A stretch of DNA of 64,000 bases from Vicinamibacterales bacterium. Its GTDB lineage: Bacteria; Acidobacteriota; Vicinamibacteria; Vicinamibacterales; CAVVIG01. Numbering within the stretch: the stretch's first letter is position 1; each line of letters starts with the position of its first letter. The stretch covers positions 6,899 to 70,898 of the forward strand of contig DASXIR010000017.1 in assembly GCA_036497895.1 (NCBI GenBank), read 5' to 3'. Below the pieces are notes generated by a model, which made no database searches, was not told where the DNA came from, and saw only the letters and a program-made list of their open reading frames with translations. A program made the translations under genes and the position numbers. Shown in pieces: positions 10,562-19,162 of this stretch.

Positions 10562-10567
10562 CCGAGC

Positions 10568-12187
10568 ATGCGACGCTACCGTCCCGTGCCCGCAGTGGCC
10601 TTCGCGATTGTCGTCTCCGCGCTTGTCGGCGGCTTGTTCGGACGCAGCGCGTTTGCGACCGACGACAAGGTCAACGATCAATATCGCGCCTTCACCTCGG
10701 CGCTCAGAGCGATCGAAACCAGCTACGTCGACAAGGTTGATTCGGACCGTCTCGTCTACGGCTCGATTCGCGGCATGCTCGGGACGCTCGATCCGCATTC
10801 CAGTTTTTTCGATCCGAAAGAATACGCGCAGATGCGCGAGCGCCAGGAAGGGCGCTACTACGGCATCGGCGTCACGATTCAGGTATACGACGGTGACGTC
10901 ACCGCGATGGCGGTGTTCGAGGGCTCGCCGGCATACAAGGCCGGCATCCGCCGCGGCGACGTGCTGGCGAAAGTCGCCGGCGAGGACGCCAAAGGGTGGA
11001 CCGTCGATCAGGCGATGCACAAGCTGCGCGGGCAGAAGGGCACACCGGTCGAAGTGGGCGTCAAGCGCCGCGGCTACGAGCAGCTCATCCCGATGCAGTT
11101 GATGCGCGACGAGGTCTACATCCCGACGGTACCCGCGTACTTCATGATCGATGCGACCACCGGCTACATTCGGATGCAGGACTTCGGCGAGAACACCGAT
11201 CACGACGTGAAGCATGCGCTGCACGAGCTCGCGTCGAAGGGGATGCGGCGGCTGCTGTTCGATATTCGCGCCAACCCCGGCGGTCCCCTCGATCAGGCGA
11301 TCAAGGTCGCGAACGAGTTCCTGCCGCGTGGCAAGATGATTGTCTACACGCGCGGCCGCGTTGCGAATTCGGATCAGGATTACCGCGCCACTGAAGACAG
11401 CGAGTTCACCGATCTGCCGATCGTGATGATGGCGAATCGCGGCAGCGCCAGCGCCTCCGAGATTGTCACCGGCGCGCTGCAGGATCACGATCGCGCCTAC
11501 ATCGTCGGCGAGACCACGTTCGGCAAGGCGCTGGTGCAGTCGGTCTACCGCATCAGCGGCGGCGCCGGACTCGCGCTGACCACCGCGCACTACTTCACGC
11601 CGAGCGGCCGCCTGATTCAGCGCCCGTGGGATGCCAGCTTCGACGAGTACCTGAGCTACTCGCTGCGCGATCAGGATGCGAACAAGCCGCACAATCCATC
11701 CGACCTGAAGCACACCGATGCGGGACGCCCGGTGTACAGCGGCGGCGGCATCGAGCCGGACAAGCGTGTAGCCGGTCCGACCGAAGGATTCAACCCGGGC
11801 CGGTTCGGTCGTCAGTTGAACGGCCGTGGCGAGTTCTCGAACTTTGCCCAGAAGTTCATGGCGGAAGGCGACAACCGGATCAAGCAGCAGGGCACCGGCC
11901 GCAAGATCGTCAAGCAGAACTTCGTGGTCGACGAAACGATGATGGCGGAGTTCCGCGAGCAGCTCAAAACGGATCACGTCAAAATCGACGAGGACGGGTT
12001 CAAGAAAGACTTCGACTTCATCAGGGCGATGATCCGCTTCGAAATCGACAGCGCCGTGTTTGGCATCGCCGACGCGCGACGTCACCTGATCGGCGTCGAT
12101 CCGCAGGCGCAGGTTGCGCTGGCGATGTTCGGCGAGGCCCAGAAGCTCACCGAGCTCAGCAAAGGCGCCAAGGTCAAGGCGCACTGA
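10568..12187 (+). CDS. Carboxy-terminal processing protease, S41 family (Ctp/Prc-like) with PDZ domain
   Basis: Signal/TM N-terminus, PDZ domain (GDVLAKVAGED), catalytic Ser context NRGSASASEIV and Lys context TTFGKALVQ. Confidence 0.88.
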   Translation: MRRYRPVPAVAFAIVVSALVGGLFGRSAFATDDKVNDQYRAFTSALRAIETSYVDKVDSDRLVYGSIRGMLGTLDPHSSFFDPKEYAQMRERQEGRYYGIGVTIQVYDGDVTAMAVFEGSPAYKAGIRRGDVLAKVAGEDAKGWTVDQAMHKLRGQKGTPVEVGVKRRGYEQLIPMQLMRDEVYIPTVPAYFMIDATTGYIRMQDFGENTDHDVKHALHELASKGMRRLLFDIRANPGGPLDQAIKVANEFLPRGKMIVYTRGRVANSDQDYRATEDSEFTDLPIVMMANRGSASASEIVTGALQDHDRAYIVGETTFGKALVQSVYRISGGAGLALTTAHYFTPSGRLIQRPWDASFDEYLSYSLRDQDANKPHNPSDLKHTDAGRPVYSGGGIEPDKRVAGPTEGFNPGRFGRQLNGRGEFSNFAQKFMAEGDNRIKQQGTGRKIVKQNFVVDETMMAEFREQLKTDHVKIDEDGFKKDFDFIRAMIRFEIDSAVFGIADARRHLIGVDPQAQVALAMFGEAQKLTELSKGAKVKAH

Positions 12188-12233
12188 GGCGGTTCGGGCA
12201 AGCGACCACAACTCGTGGGGCCATAGATTGGCC

Positions 12234-12262
12234 TTGCCACTACAGCTAGGCCTTGTTACACT
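12234..12262 (+). promoter_or_regulatory. Candidate promoter upstream of smc (TTGCCA-N17-TACACT)
   Basis: The hexamers at 12234-12239 and 12257-12262 have 17-nt spacing. The predicted leader contains the perfect palindrome GGCCCCGGGGCC (12275-12286). Confidence 0.25.
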
Positions 12263-12340
12263 GACGACCGTCTCGGCCCCGGGGCCGCCTTCCGCGTCTG
12301 GAAGCGCGAAAGTGGGCCGCAAAACCGGTCGTCTTCCTCC

Positions 12341-15300
12341 ATGCGCCTCGAACGTCTAGAGATCAACGGCTTCAAATCGTTTTCCGACCGCTCCGAGCTG
12401 GCATTCGACAAAGGCGTGACGGCGATCGTCGGCCCCAACGGATGCGGCAAGAGCAACGTCGCTGACGCCATCACGTGGGTGATGGGCGAGCAGAGCGCGA
12501 AGAGCCTGCGCGGCGACAAGATGGAAGACGTCATCTTCAGTGGCAGTGACGCCAGGAAACCGACCGCAACCGCTGAGGTGCGGCTCAAGTTCAGCGGTTT
12601 CCTGAAGACCATCAGCGCCCCGGTATTTCCAGCGCCGGGAAACGGCCGTGCCAATGGCCTGACCGGCGTCAACGGCGACGCCGATGGCCACTCCAGCGGT
12701 AACGGTCACGGTGCCTCCGATAGCCACGCCAACGGGAACGGCCACGGGAACGGTGAGGCCGGCGACGGCGTTCACGACGCCAGCAGCCACAACGGCAACG
12801 GTCACGGCGAGGGCGCGGTCCTCGCGCTCGTCGGTGATTCGGAACAGCTGGCGCTCCCGCCGGGAGAGATCGAAGAAATTATCCAGTCGGTGGCCCGAGA
12901 GATCGAGGTCACCCGGCGGCTCTATCGATCGGGTGAAAGCGAATATCTGATCGACGGCGCCGTCTGCCGTCTGCGCGACGTTCACGATCTGCTGATGGAC
13001 ACCGGCCTCGGCGCCAAGGCCTACGCGATCATCGAGCAGGGCAAGATCGGGATGATTCTGAGCACGCGGCCGACCGATCGGCGTCAGTTGATCGAAGAAG
13101 CCGCAGGCGTGACCAAGTACAAAGCCCGCCGCCGCTCGGCCGAGCTGAAGCTCGAGGCCGCGCAGCAGAACCTGACCCGCATCGACGACATCGTTTTCGA
13201 GGTCGAAAAGCAGCGCGGCACGCTCAAGCGTCAGGCGTCCAAGGCGCGACGCTACCAGAAGCTCCGCGACGAGCTGCGTCGTTTCGAGAAGGTGCTGTTC
13301 GCCCGCAAGTATCGCCAGCTGGCCGAAACCATCGAGTCGGCGCGGGCGCGGCTGACCGAAGCGCGCGAACGCGAATCGATTGCAGGCGCTCGCGTCGGAG
13401 AGGTCGAGACCGGGCTCGGACGCCTGCGGATCGAACTGGTCGAGGCGGAAACGCAGGCGACCGCCTCACGCGAAGCCGCGCACGCGCGCGAGCTCGCGAT
13501 CAATCGCCAGCAGCAGCAGATTCTGTTCGACCGCGAGCAAGTGCAGGGACTCGCGGTCCGGACCACGACGGTGGCCGCGGAACTCGATACGCTCGAGGCG
13601 CGTCGCGAGCCGGCGCAGGCGGCGCTCGCCGCGCGGCGGGACGCCGCCGCGCAGGCCGATACCGAGCGCGACCGCGCCCAGGCGGCGCTGACCGCCGACT
13701 CCAACGCCTACGAAGCCGCCCATCGAGAGATCGAAGGCCTCGAAGCTGACGTCGAAGCGACCCGCAGCGACGTGTTTTCCGCGATCAACTCGGCGACGGC
13801 GCTGCGCCATGCGCTCGAGCACGCGGCGGCGGCGCGCGACCGGGTCGGCGAGACGCTCTCGAAGCTGGACGTCGAAGCAAACGACGTCCGCGTCGAGTCT
13901 GAGCGCGCGGCGACCGATCGATCCGCTCATGCTGATGCCTTGCGCCGAGCCCACGAGTCGATTGACGCCACCCGAATCGCGCGGGCGGCCCGCGAATCGG
14001 AACTGGCGAGCGCGCGCATCGAGCACGAGTGGCGTGCCCGCGCGGTTCGCTCGCGCGAGCACGAACTGGCCGGCGTCGAGGCGCGCCTGAAATCGCTCGA
14101 GGAACTCGACGCGTCCCGTGCGGGATACGGCGATGCCGCGCGCACCGTTCTGGTCCAGGCCAACGGGACTGTGTGCCAGCAGGGCGCGATCGCCGATTAT
14201 CTCGAAGTCGAGGCAGGCTACGAACGCGCGGTTGAGGCGTGTCTCGGCGATCTGCTCCAGCACATCGTCGTCGAACGTCCGGAACATGCCGCGGCGGGAT
14301 TTCAGGTCGTGCGTGAAGCCGGCGCAGGTCGCTGCAGCTTCCTGGTGACATCGGCGGCCGAAGCGCCGAAAGCGGTCCGGTCGGCATTCCATGTGGCGAT
14401 GAGCGTCACCGGCGACGCGTTTTCGGTGTCGGGTCCGGATTCGAGCGCGGCCAGCGGCCTCGACCAATCCGCGATTCCGGTCGGGACCGTGACGCTGTCT
14501 TCGGTGGTTCGCGTCAACGGACGTTTTGCCGACGCGATTAGGCGCGCGGTTGGTGACGCCTGGATTGCGCCGTCGTACGACGCGGCAACGGCCGCCAGCC
14601 GGCTGACTTCAATCCCGGTGGCGACGATTGAAGGCGATGTGTTTCGCGGCCCGCACCTGGTGTCCGGCGGCGGACTTGCCGAGGCCCGCGGCATCCTCGA
14701 GACCAAGCGCGAGATCAAGGAACTGCGCGAGCGGATCAACAACGATCGCGGCGACCTCGCCCGGCTCGCCGCGGAAACCAACGAGCTCGAGGCGGCGATC
14801 GCGCTGGCCTCGTCGGCGATTGCCGCGCTCAGCGCTGAATTCCACAAACAGGAAAAGGCCGTCGTCGGTCTCGACGCGCAACTGCAGCACGTCACCGATG
14901 AAGAGGCGCGCCTCGCGCAGCGGAGCGAGCAACTTGCGCGCGAACGGCGTCAGGCGGAGGACGAGCGCGATCAGCTTGATCGGCGTCAGGACGAGGCCCG
15001 TGCGTCGATTGTCAGGCTCGACGAGGATCAGCACCAGGCCGACGAGCGGCTGACCGCCGCGCAGCGGCGGTTGTTCGAAGCCCGCGAGGCGGCTGACGAA
15101 TTGAGTCGCCGCGCCGCCGACGCTGGTGCGGCGCATGCCGCGCTGGTCGAACGGGCCAGCGCGCTGGCCGGAGAGATCCAGCGGCTGATTGAGGCGGGCG
15201 AGGAGATGGAAGCCCGCGTCGCCGCGCTCGCGGTCGAACTCGAGCAGTCGCGCCGCCGGGCCAGCGAACTCGGCGAGGCGATTGCGGCCGGGGAAGCGCG

Positions 15301-16357
15301 CCTCGATACCGACGTCATCGACCTCGACACTCTGAGGCAGACGGTTGCCTCGACCGACGAAGCGGTGACGGCCCTGCGTGTCCGGACCGACGAGCTCGAT
15401 GCGACCATCAAGGAAGCGCGCTCCGCCCACGACGCGGTCCGGGCAGTCGTGTCCGAGCTCGACCTCGCGCGGGTCACCGCCGAATCCGACCTGTCGCACC
15501 TCGCTCACACCTGTGAAGACGCGGTCAACGCTACGCTCGACGAAGTGGTCGTCGAAGTGGAGCAGCTCGAACGCGACGGTCGGGCCATCCCGGATGCTGC
15601 GGCGATTTTCGCCGAGGAGACCGACGAGGACGACGTTCGGCTGAAGCCGGACACGGCTACTGAGGCCAGCGGCCTCGAAGCGGATCCGTCGCTCGCGGCG
15701 GCCGTGCAGCGGACGCTGAGCGCCGAGGACGCCATCACCGCGTTGCGGGCCAGGATCGAACGCCTCGGCCCGGTCAACATGATGGCGATCGAACAGTTCG
15801 ACGATCTCGAGTCGCGCTTTGCGTTCCTCTCGACGCAGCGCAAGGACCTGGTCGAGTCGATCGCGCAGACCACCGAAGCCATCAAGCGCATCGACGACAC
15901 CACCAAGCAGCGCTTTTCCGAGGCGTTTGCGGCCATCAATACCAACTTCCAGCAGATCTTCAGCACCCTGTTCGGCGGTGGCCGCGCCGGCCTGACCCTC
16001 CTCGACGAGAACGATCCGCTCGAAAGCGGTATCGAGATCATCGCTCAGCCGCCGGGCAAGCGGCTGCAGAGCGTCCAGCTGCTTTCGGGCGGAGAGAAGG
16101 CGTTGACCGCGATCGCGCTGATGTTCGGCATGTTCAAGTTCAAGCCAAGCCCGTTCTGTCTTCTCGACGAGATCGACGCGCCGCTCGACGACGCCAACAT
16201 CGGGCGGTTTGTGGAAATGCTGCGCAGCATGCAGGCACACACCCAGTTCATCGTCATCACCCACAATCGGAAGACGATGGAGATCGCCGATCGGCTGTAT
16301 GGGGTGACAATGGAAGAACCGGGCGTTTCGAAGCTGATCTCGGTGCAGTTGAACTGA
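12341..16357 (+). CDS. smc: Chromosome segregation protein SMC (1338 aa)
   Basis: Walker A GPNGCGKSN, long coiled coils, hinge region, ABC signature LSGGEKALTA, Walker B FCLLDEIDAPLDD. Confidence 0.95.
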   Translation: MRLERLEINGFKSFSDRSELAFDKGVTAIVGPNGCGKSNVADAITWVMGEQSAKSLRGDKMEDVIFSGSDARKPTATAEVRLKFSGFLKTISAPVFPAPGNGRANGLTGVNGDADGHSSGNGHGASDSHANGNGHGNGEAGDGVHDASSHNGNGHGEGAVLALVGDSEQLALPPGEIEEIIQSVAREIEVTRRLYRSGESEYLIDGAVCRLRDVHDLLMDTGLGAKAYAIIEQGKIGMILSTRPTDRRQLIEEAAGVTKYKARRRSAELKLEAAQQNLTRIDDIVFEVEKQRGTLKRQASKARRYQKLRDELRRFEKVLFARKYRQLAETIESARARLTEARERESIAGARVGEVETGLGRLRIELVEAETQATASREAAHARELAINRQQQQILFDREQVQGLAVRTTTVAAELDTLEARREPAQAALAARRDAAAQADTERDRAQAALTADSNAYEAAHREIEGLEADVEATRSDVFSAINSATALRHALEHAAAARDRVGETLSKLDVEANDVRVESERAATDRSAHADALRRAHESIDATRIARAARESELASARIEHEWRARAVRSREHELAGVEARLKSLEELDASRAGYGDAARTVLVQANGTVCQQGAIADYLEVEAGYERAVEACLGDLLQHIVVERPEHAAAGFQVVREAGAGRCSFLVTSAAEAPKAVRSAFHVAMSVTGDAFSVSGPDSSAASGLDQSAIPVGTVTLSSVVRVNGRFADAIRRAVGDAWIAPSYDAATAASRLTSIPVATIEGDVFRGPHLVSGGGLAEARGILETKREIKELRERINNDRGDLARLAAETNELEAAIALASSAIAALSAEFHKQEKAVVGLDAQLQHVTDEEARLAQRSEQLARERRQAEDERDQLDRRQDEARASIVRLDEDQHQADERLTAAQRRLFEAREAADELSRRAADAGAAHAALVERASALAGEIQRLIEAGEEMEARVAALAVELEQSRRRASELGEAIAAGEARLDTDVIDLDTLRQTVASTDEAVTALRVRTDELDATIKEARSAHDAVRAVVSELDLARVTAESDLSHLAHTCEDAVNATLDEVVVEVEQLERDGRAIPDAAAIFAEETDEDDVRLKPDTATEASGLEADPSLAAAVQRTLSAEDAITALRARIERLGPVNMMAIEQFDDLESRFAFLSTQRKDLVESIAQTTEAIKRIDDTTKQRFSEAFAAINTNFQQIFSTLFGGGRAGLTLLDENDPLESGIEIIAQPPGKRLQSVQLLSGGEKALTAIALMFGMFKFKPSPFCLLDEIDAPLDDANIGRFVEMLRSMQAHTQFIVITHNRKTMEIADRLYGVTMEEPGVSKLISVQLN
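12599..12865 (+). repeat. In-frame His/Asn/Gly-rich low-complexity insertion within the SMC N-terminal head (about aa 87-175)
   Basis: GNGRANGLTGVNGDADGHSSGNGHGASDSHANGNGHGNGEAGDGVHDASSHNGNGHGEG. At the DNA level the unit AACGG(C/T)CACGG recurs. The insertion lies between RLKFSG and the conserved EVTRRLYRSGESEY. Confidence 0.7.
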
Positions 16358-16399
16358 GCCGGCCGTCCTCCCGTATCTACCTTGCGGAGGGGTTCCCGA

Positions 16400-17236
16400 A
16401 TGGCACGACGCATTTCCCAATGGTCCGCGGTCCTGCTGCTGCCGATGGCGGTCGCCGTGGGCGCCTGCGACATGTCGCTTGGCAACCTCGCGGGACGCGC
16501 CTCCGAGGAATGGACCCACACCTACCCACTCTCTCCAGGCGGCGAAGTACGGCTGGTCAACATCAACGGCAAGGTTGAGGTGGAAGGTGTCGAGGGGCAC
16601 ACGGTCGAGATCGTGGCCGAACGGATCGCACGGGGAGCCACCGACGACACGGCGCGCGAACTGCTGCCGCGAATCAAGATCACCGAGGACGTGAAGCCCG
16701 ACCGCGTCTCGGTTGAAACCGAGCGGATGGGCGGCATCATGATCGGTGCCGGCTACGAGGTCCGCTATCGTGTCAAGGCGCCCAGGGACTCGGTCGTCAA
16801 CGTGACGTCGAACAATGGCGTGATCGCGCTGACAAACCTGTCCGGCAATGTCACGGCGCGCACCACCAACGGACTGGTCAGCGGCAAGATGATGACCGGC
16901 GGCGTCAACGCCCGTGCTACCAACGGCGGGATAAACATGGACATGGCCTCGGTCGGCGCTGAGAAGATCGCTCTGCACACCACCAACGGCGGCGTCACGC
17001 TGGGGTTGCCGGACACGGCAAAGGCAGACCTCGAGGCGTCGTGCACGAACGGCGGCATCAACGTGTCGGCGCTCGAAAAACTGGCGATCACCGACAAGTC
17101 ACGTCGGCACATCGAAGGCAAGCTGAATGGTGGCGGCACCAGCATCGTGCTGGAGACCACCAACGGTGGTATCAGGGTGCGGCCTCGAAGCGGCAACGGC
17201 GCACCGACGGACACCGACGATGACAAAGAGCGCTGA
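16400..17236 (+). CDS. DUF4097-like (putative adhesin beta-helix) lipoprotein
   Basis: MARRISQWSAVLLLPMAVAVGAC is a lipobox-type signal. TNGG(I/V) units recur (TNGLVSG, TNGGINM, TNGGVTL, TNGGINV, TNGGIRV). GGAGGGG lies upstream of the ATG at 16400. Confidence 0.65.
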   Translation: MARRISQWSAVLLLPMAVAVGACDMSLGNLAGRASEEWTHTYPLSPGGEVRLVNINGKVEVEGVEGHTVEIVAERIARGATDDTARELLPRIKITEDVKPDRVSVETERMGGIMIGAGYEVRYRVKAPRDSVVNVTSNNGVIALTNLSGNVTARTTNGLVSGKMMTGGVNARATNGGINMDMASVGAEKIALHTTNGGVTLGLPDTAKADLEASCTNGGINVSALEKLAITDKSRRHIEGKLNGGGTSIVLETTNGGIRVRPRSGNGAPTDTDDDKER

Positions 17237-17272
17237 TACGAGCGCCTTCACAGGCGCCTTCCTCACAGAATA

Positions 17273-18391
17273 GTGAACGAGGACAAGGCCAGCAGGTACC
17301 ATCGTCTCAAGCGTCAAGCCGGCGTCGTCTCGGTGGTCTGGACCGCGGCGCTGCTGGCGGGACTTCTCGTCACCGGTTGGAGCGGCGTCTTTCGTGATGC
17401 CGCAGCTGCATTCGGCTCGGCTTTTCCCTCCGTGCTGCGCCCGACGCTGACTGTCCTTGCCTACGTTGTGCTTCTCTCGCTTCTGAACGAGATCATCAGT
17501 CTGCCCATCGATTTCTACAGCGGCTTCATGCTCGAGCGCCGCTACGAGTTGTCCAACGAAACGCTGAAGGCCTGGCTCGGCGATCAGGCGAAGTCGTTCG
17601 GCGTCGGGATCCTGCTCGGCGGCGTGGCGGCGGCCGTCGTTTACGGGTTGATTCGCTGGTCACCCGGCTGGTGGTGGCTGACCGCCGGACTGGTCTTCAC
17701 GCTGCTGATCGTCGGCCTGGCTAACCTCGCGCCTGTCCTGATCCTGCCGCTTTTCTACGCCATCAAACCGCTCGAGCGTGAGGCGCTTCGGGAGCGTTTA
17801 CTCGCGTTGGCCGAGCGCGCCAACGCCCGTGTGCTCGGCGCCTACGAATGGGGGCTGGCGGCGAAGACAAAAAAAGCCAACGCCGCGCTGACGGGCATCG
17901 GCGGGACGCGCCGGATTCTGGTGTCGGACACGATGCTCGCTGAATACTCGGACGAGGAAATCGAAGTGGTGCTGGCGCACGAGATTGCGCACCATGTGCA
18001 CGGTGACATCTGGAAGGGCGTCGCGTTCCAGAGCGCGTTGACCATCGGCGGCTTCTATCTCGCGGCTCGCCTGCTCGCGCTCTTTGCCGGGCCAGCCGGA
18101 CTTCATGGCGTCGAAGATGTCGCCGGATTGCCGCTGCTGCTGCTGTCGGCTGGCGCTGTTTCACTGGTGATGGTGCCGGTCGCACATGCGATGTCGCGTG
18201 CATTCGAACGAAGCGCCGACCGCTTCGCCCTCGCGCTCACCCGCAACCCGGCCGCGTTCATCTCCGCCATGCGCCGGCTCGGTGCCCAGAATCTTGCCGA
18301 AGACGACCCGTCCCCTCTGGTCCAGGCACTGTTCTACAGCCACCCGCCGATCCGGGACCGGATCGCGGCCGCGCAAGCCTTCAAGTCCTGA
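17273..18391 (+). CDS. M48-family zinc metallopeptidase (Ste24/HtpX-like), polytopic
   Basis: HEIAHHVHGD (HExxH) plus a downstream E, and several TM helices. GTG start. Confidence 0.85.
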   Translation: MNEDKASRYHRLKRQAGVVSVVWTAALLAGLLVTGWSGVFRDAAAAFGSAFPSVLRPTLTVLAYVVLLSLLNEIISLPIDFYSGFMLERRYELSNETLKAWLGDQAKSFGVGILLGGVAAAVVYGLIRWSPGWWWLTAGLVFTLLIVGLANLAPVLILPLFYAIKPLEREALRERLLALAERANARVLGAYEWGLAAKTKKANAALTGIGGTRRILVSDTMLAEYSDEEIEVVLAHEIAHHVHGDIWKGVAFQSALTIGGFYLAARLLALFAGPAGLHGVEDVAGLPLLLLSAGAVSLVMVPVAHAMSRAFERSADRFALALTRNPAAFISAMRRLGAQNLAEDDPSPLVQALFYSHPPIRDRIAAAQAFKS

Positions 18392-18439
18392 TTGAGCCGG
18401 TCTCGCGCCGTTTCTCGCAATCCCGAGTGGAGGCGAGAA

Positions 18440-19162
18440 ATGAAACGACTGGGGGCAGTCGGATTGACCCTGGCGATGTGTTGGCAGCCGAGCGCCGCCG
18501 TGGCCGGACCACCGACCATGGACGGGCCAATGGGTCGCACTGCTCTGGCGGCGATATCGGGCCTTCCCGATCGATCGCCGGACCGTTCGGACATCGCCGG
18601 CTGGAACGCGGTCGGCCGCATGATCTCCGCGGGAGACGCCGTGGTGATTGGGACCGCATCGGGATCGAGCGTTCGACGATTCATCGCGCTGAGCGGCCTC
18701 ACCATCGTAGTTCTGCGCGACGACTTCAAGCTGCCGGACCGGGCACAGCTTCAGCTGCTCGAGCTTTCCCGGATGGATCCGAACGCCCTGGTCCACTCTT
18801 CAACAGGCGTTGTCCGGCGTTATAAAGCGATTCAGGTATCGCCCACCGGCATTTCCCTCGACAACGTGAAGGTCGCTGAACTCCACGATGTCGTCGAACT
18901 CATTCCTGCCTCTGACATTCAATTGATTTCACGGGTACTCCGGCGGGGCTCAGGCGCAGCTGCGGCATTCGGCACGGTTGGCGGCATCCTTCTGGGTTCG
19001 TGGCTCGGAGGTGCGATTGCGTCGCAAGGTTGTCGCGGCGACTGCGGCGGCATCGAGACTGCGGCGTTCGCCAGCGTGACCGGCGTCCCCATAGTGACCG
19101 GTTACGGAGCATGGCGATGGAGCAGCCGGCTGTCCGAGGAAGTCGTCTACCGCAAGCGATAG
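18440..19162 (+). CDS. Hypothetical exported protein with a C-terminal glycine-zipper membrane segment
   Basis: GGAGG lies upstream of the ATG at 18440. Signal peptide MKRLGAVGLTLAMCWQPSAAVAG. C-terminus GTVGGILLGSWLGGAIAS. No family recognised. Confidence 0.55.
   Translation: MKRLGAVGLTLAMCWQPSAAVAGPPTMDGPMGRTALAAISGLPDRSPDRSDIAGWNAVGRMISAGDAVVIGTASGSSVRRFIALSGLTIVVLRDDFKLPDRAQLQLLELSRMDPNALVHSSTGVVRRYKAIQVSPTGISLDNVKVAELHDVVELIPASDIQLISRVLRRGSGAAAAFGTVGGILLGSWLGGAIASQGCRGDCGGIETAAFASVTGVPIVTGYGAWRWSSRLSEEVVYRKR

Noticed and set aside
10529-12322. A 597-aa ORF on the minus strand.
   Set aside because: It is antisense to the S41 protease gene, has low-complexity Arg/Ala/Asp composition and shows no recognisable domain.
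12599-12865. The His/Asn/Gly-rich stretch as a separate gene, a frameshift or a mis-assembly.
   Set aside because: It is in frame with intact SMC motifs on both sides and contains no stops. I keep it as an insertion, reported as a finding, pending read-level support.
16401-16416. TGGCACGACGCATTTC, which resembles a sigma-54 -24 element.
   Set aside because: It lacks the GC dinucleotide at the -12 position with correct spacing. It also overlaps the ATG and first codons of the DUF4097 gene.
14609-16978. A 789-aa ORF on the minus strand.
   Set aside because: It is antisense to smc and the DUF4097 gene. The translation is Arg/Gly/Asp/Leu-rich with no motifs, which is typical of an open off-frame in GC-rich DNA. 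The plus-strand genes have unambiguous family signatures.
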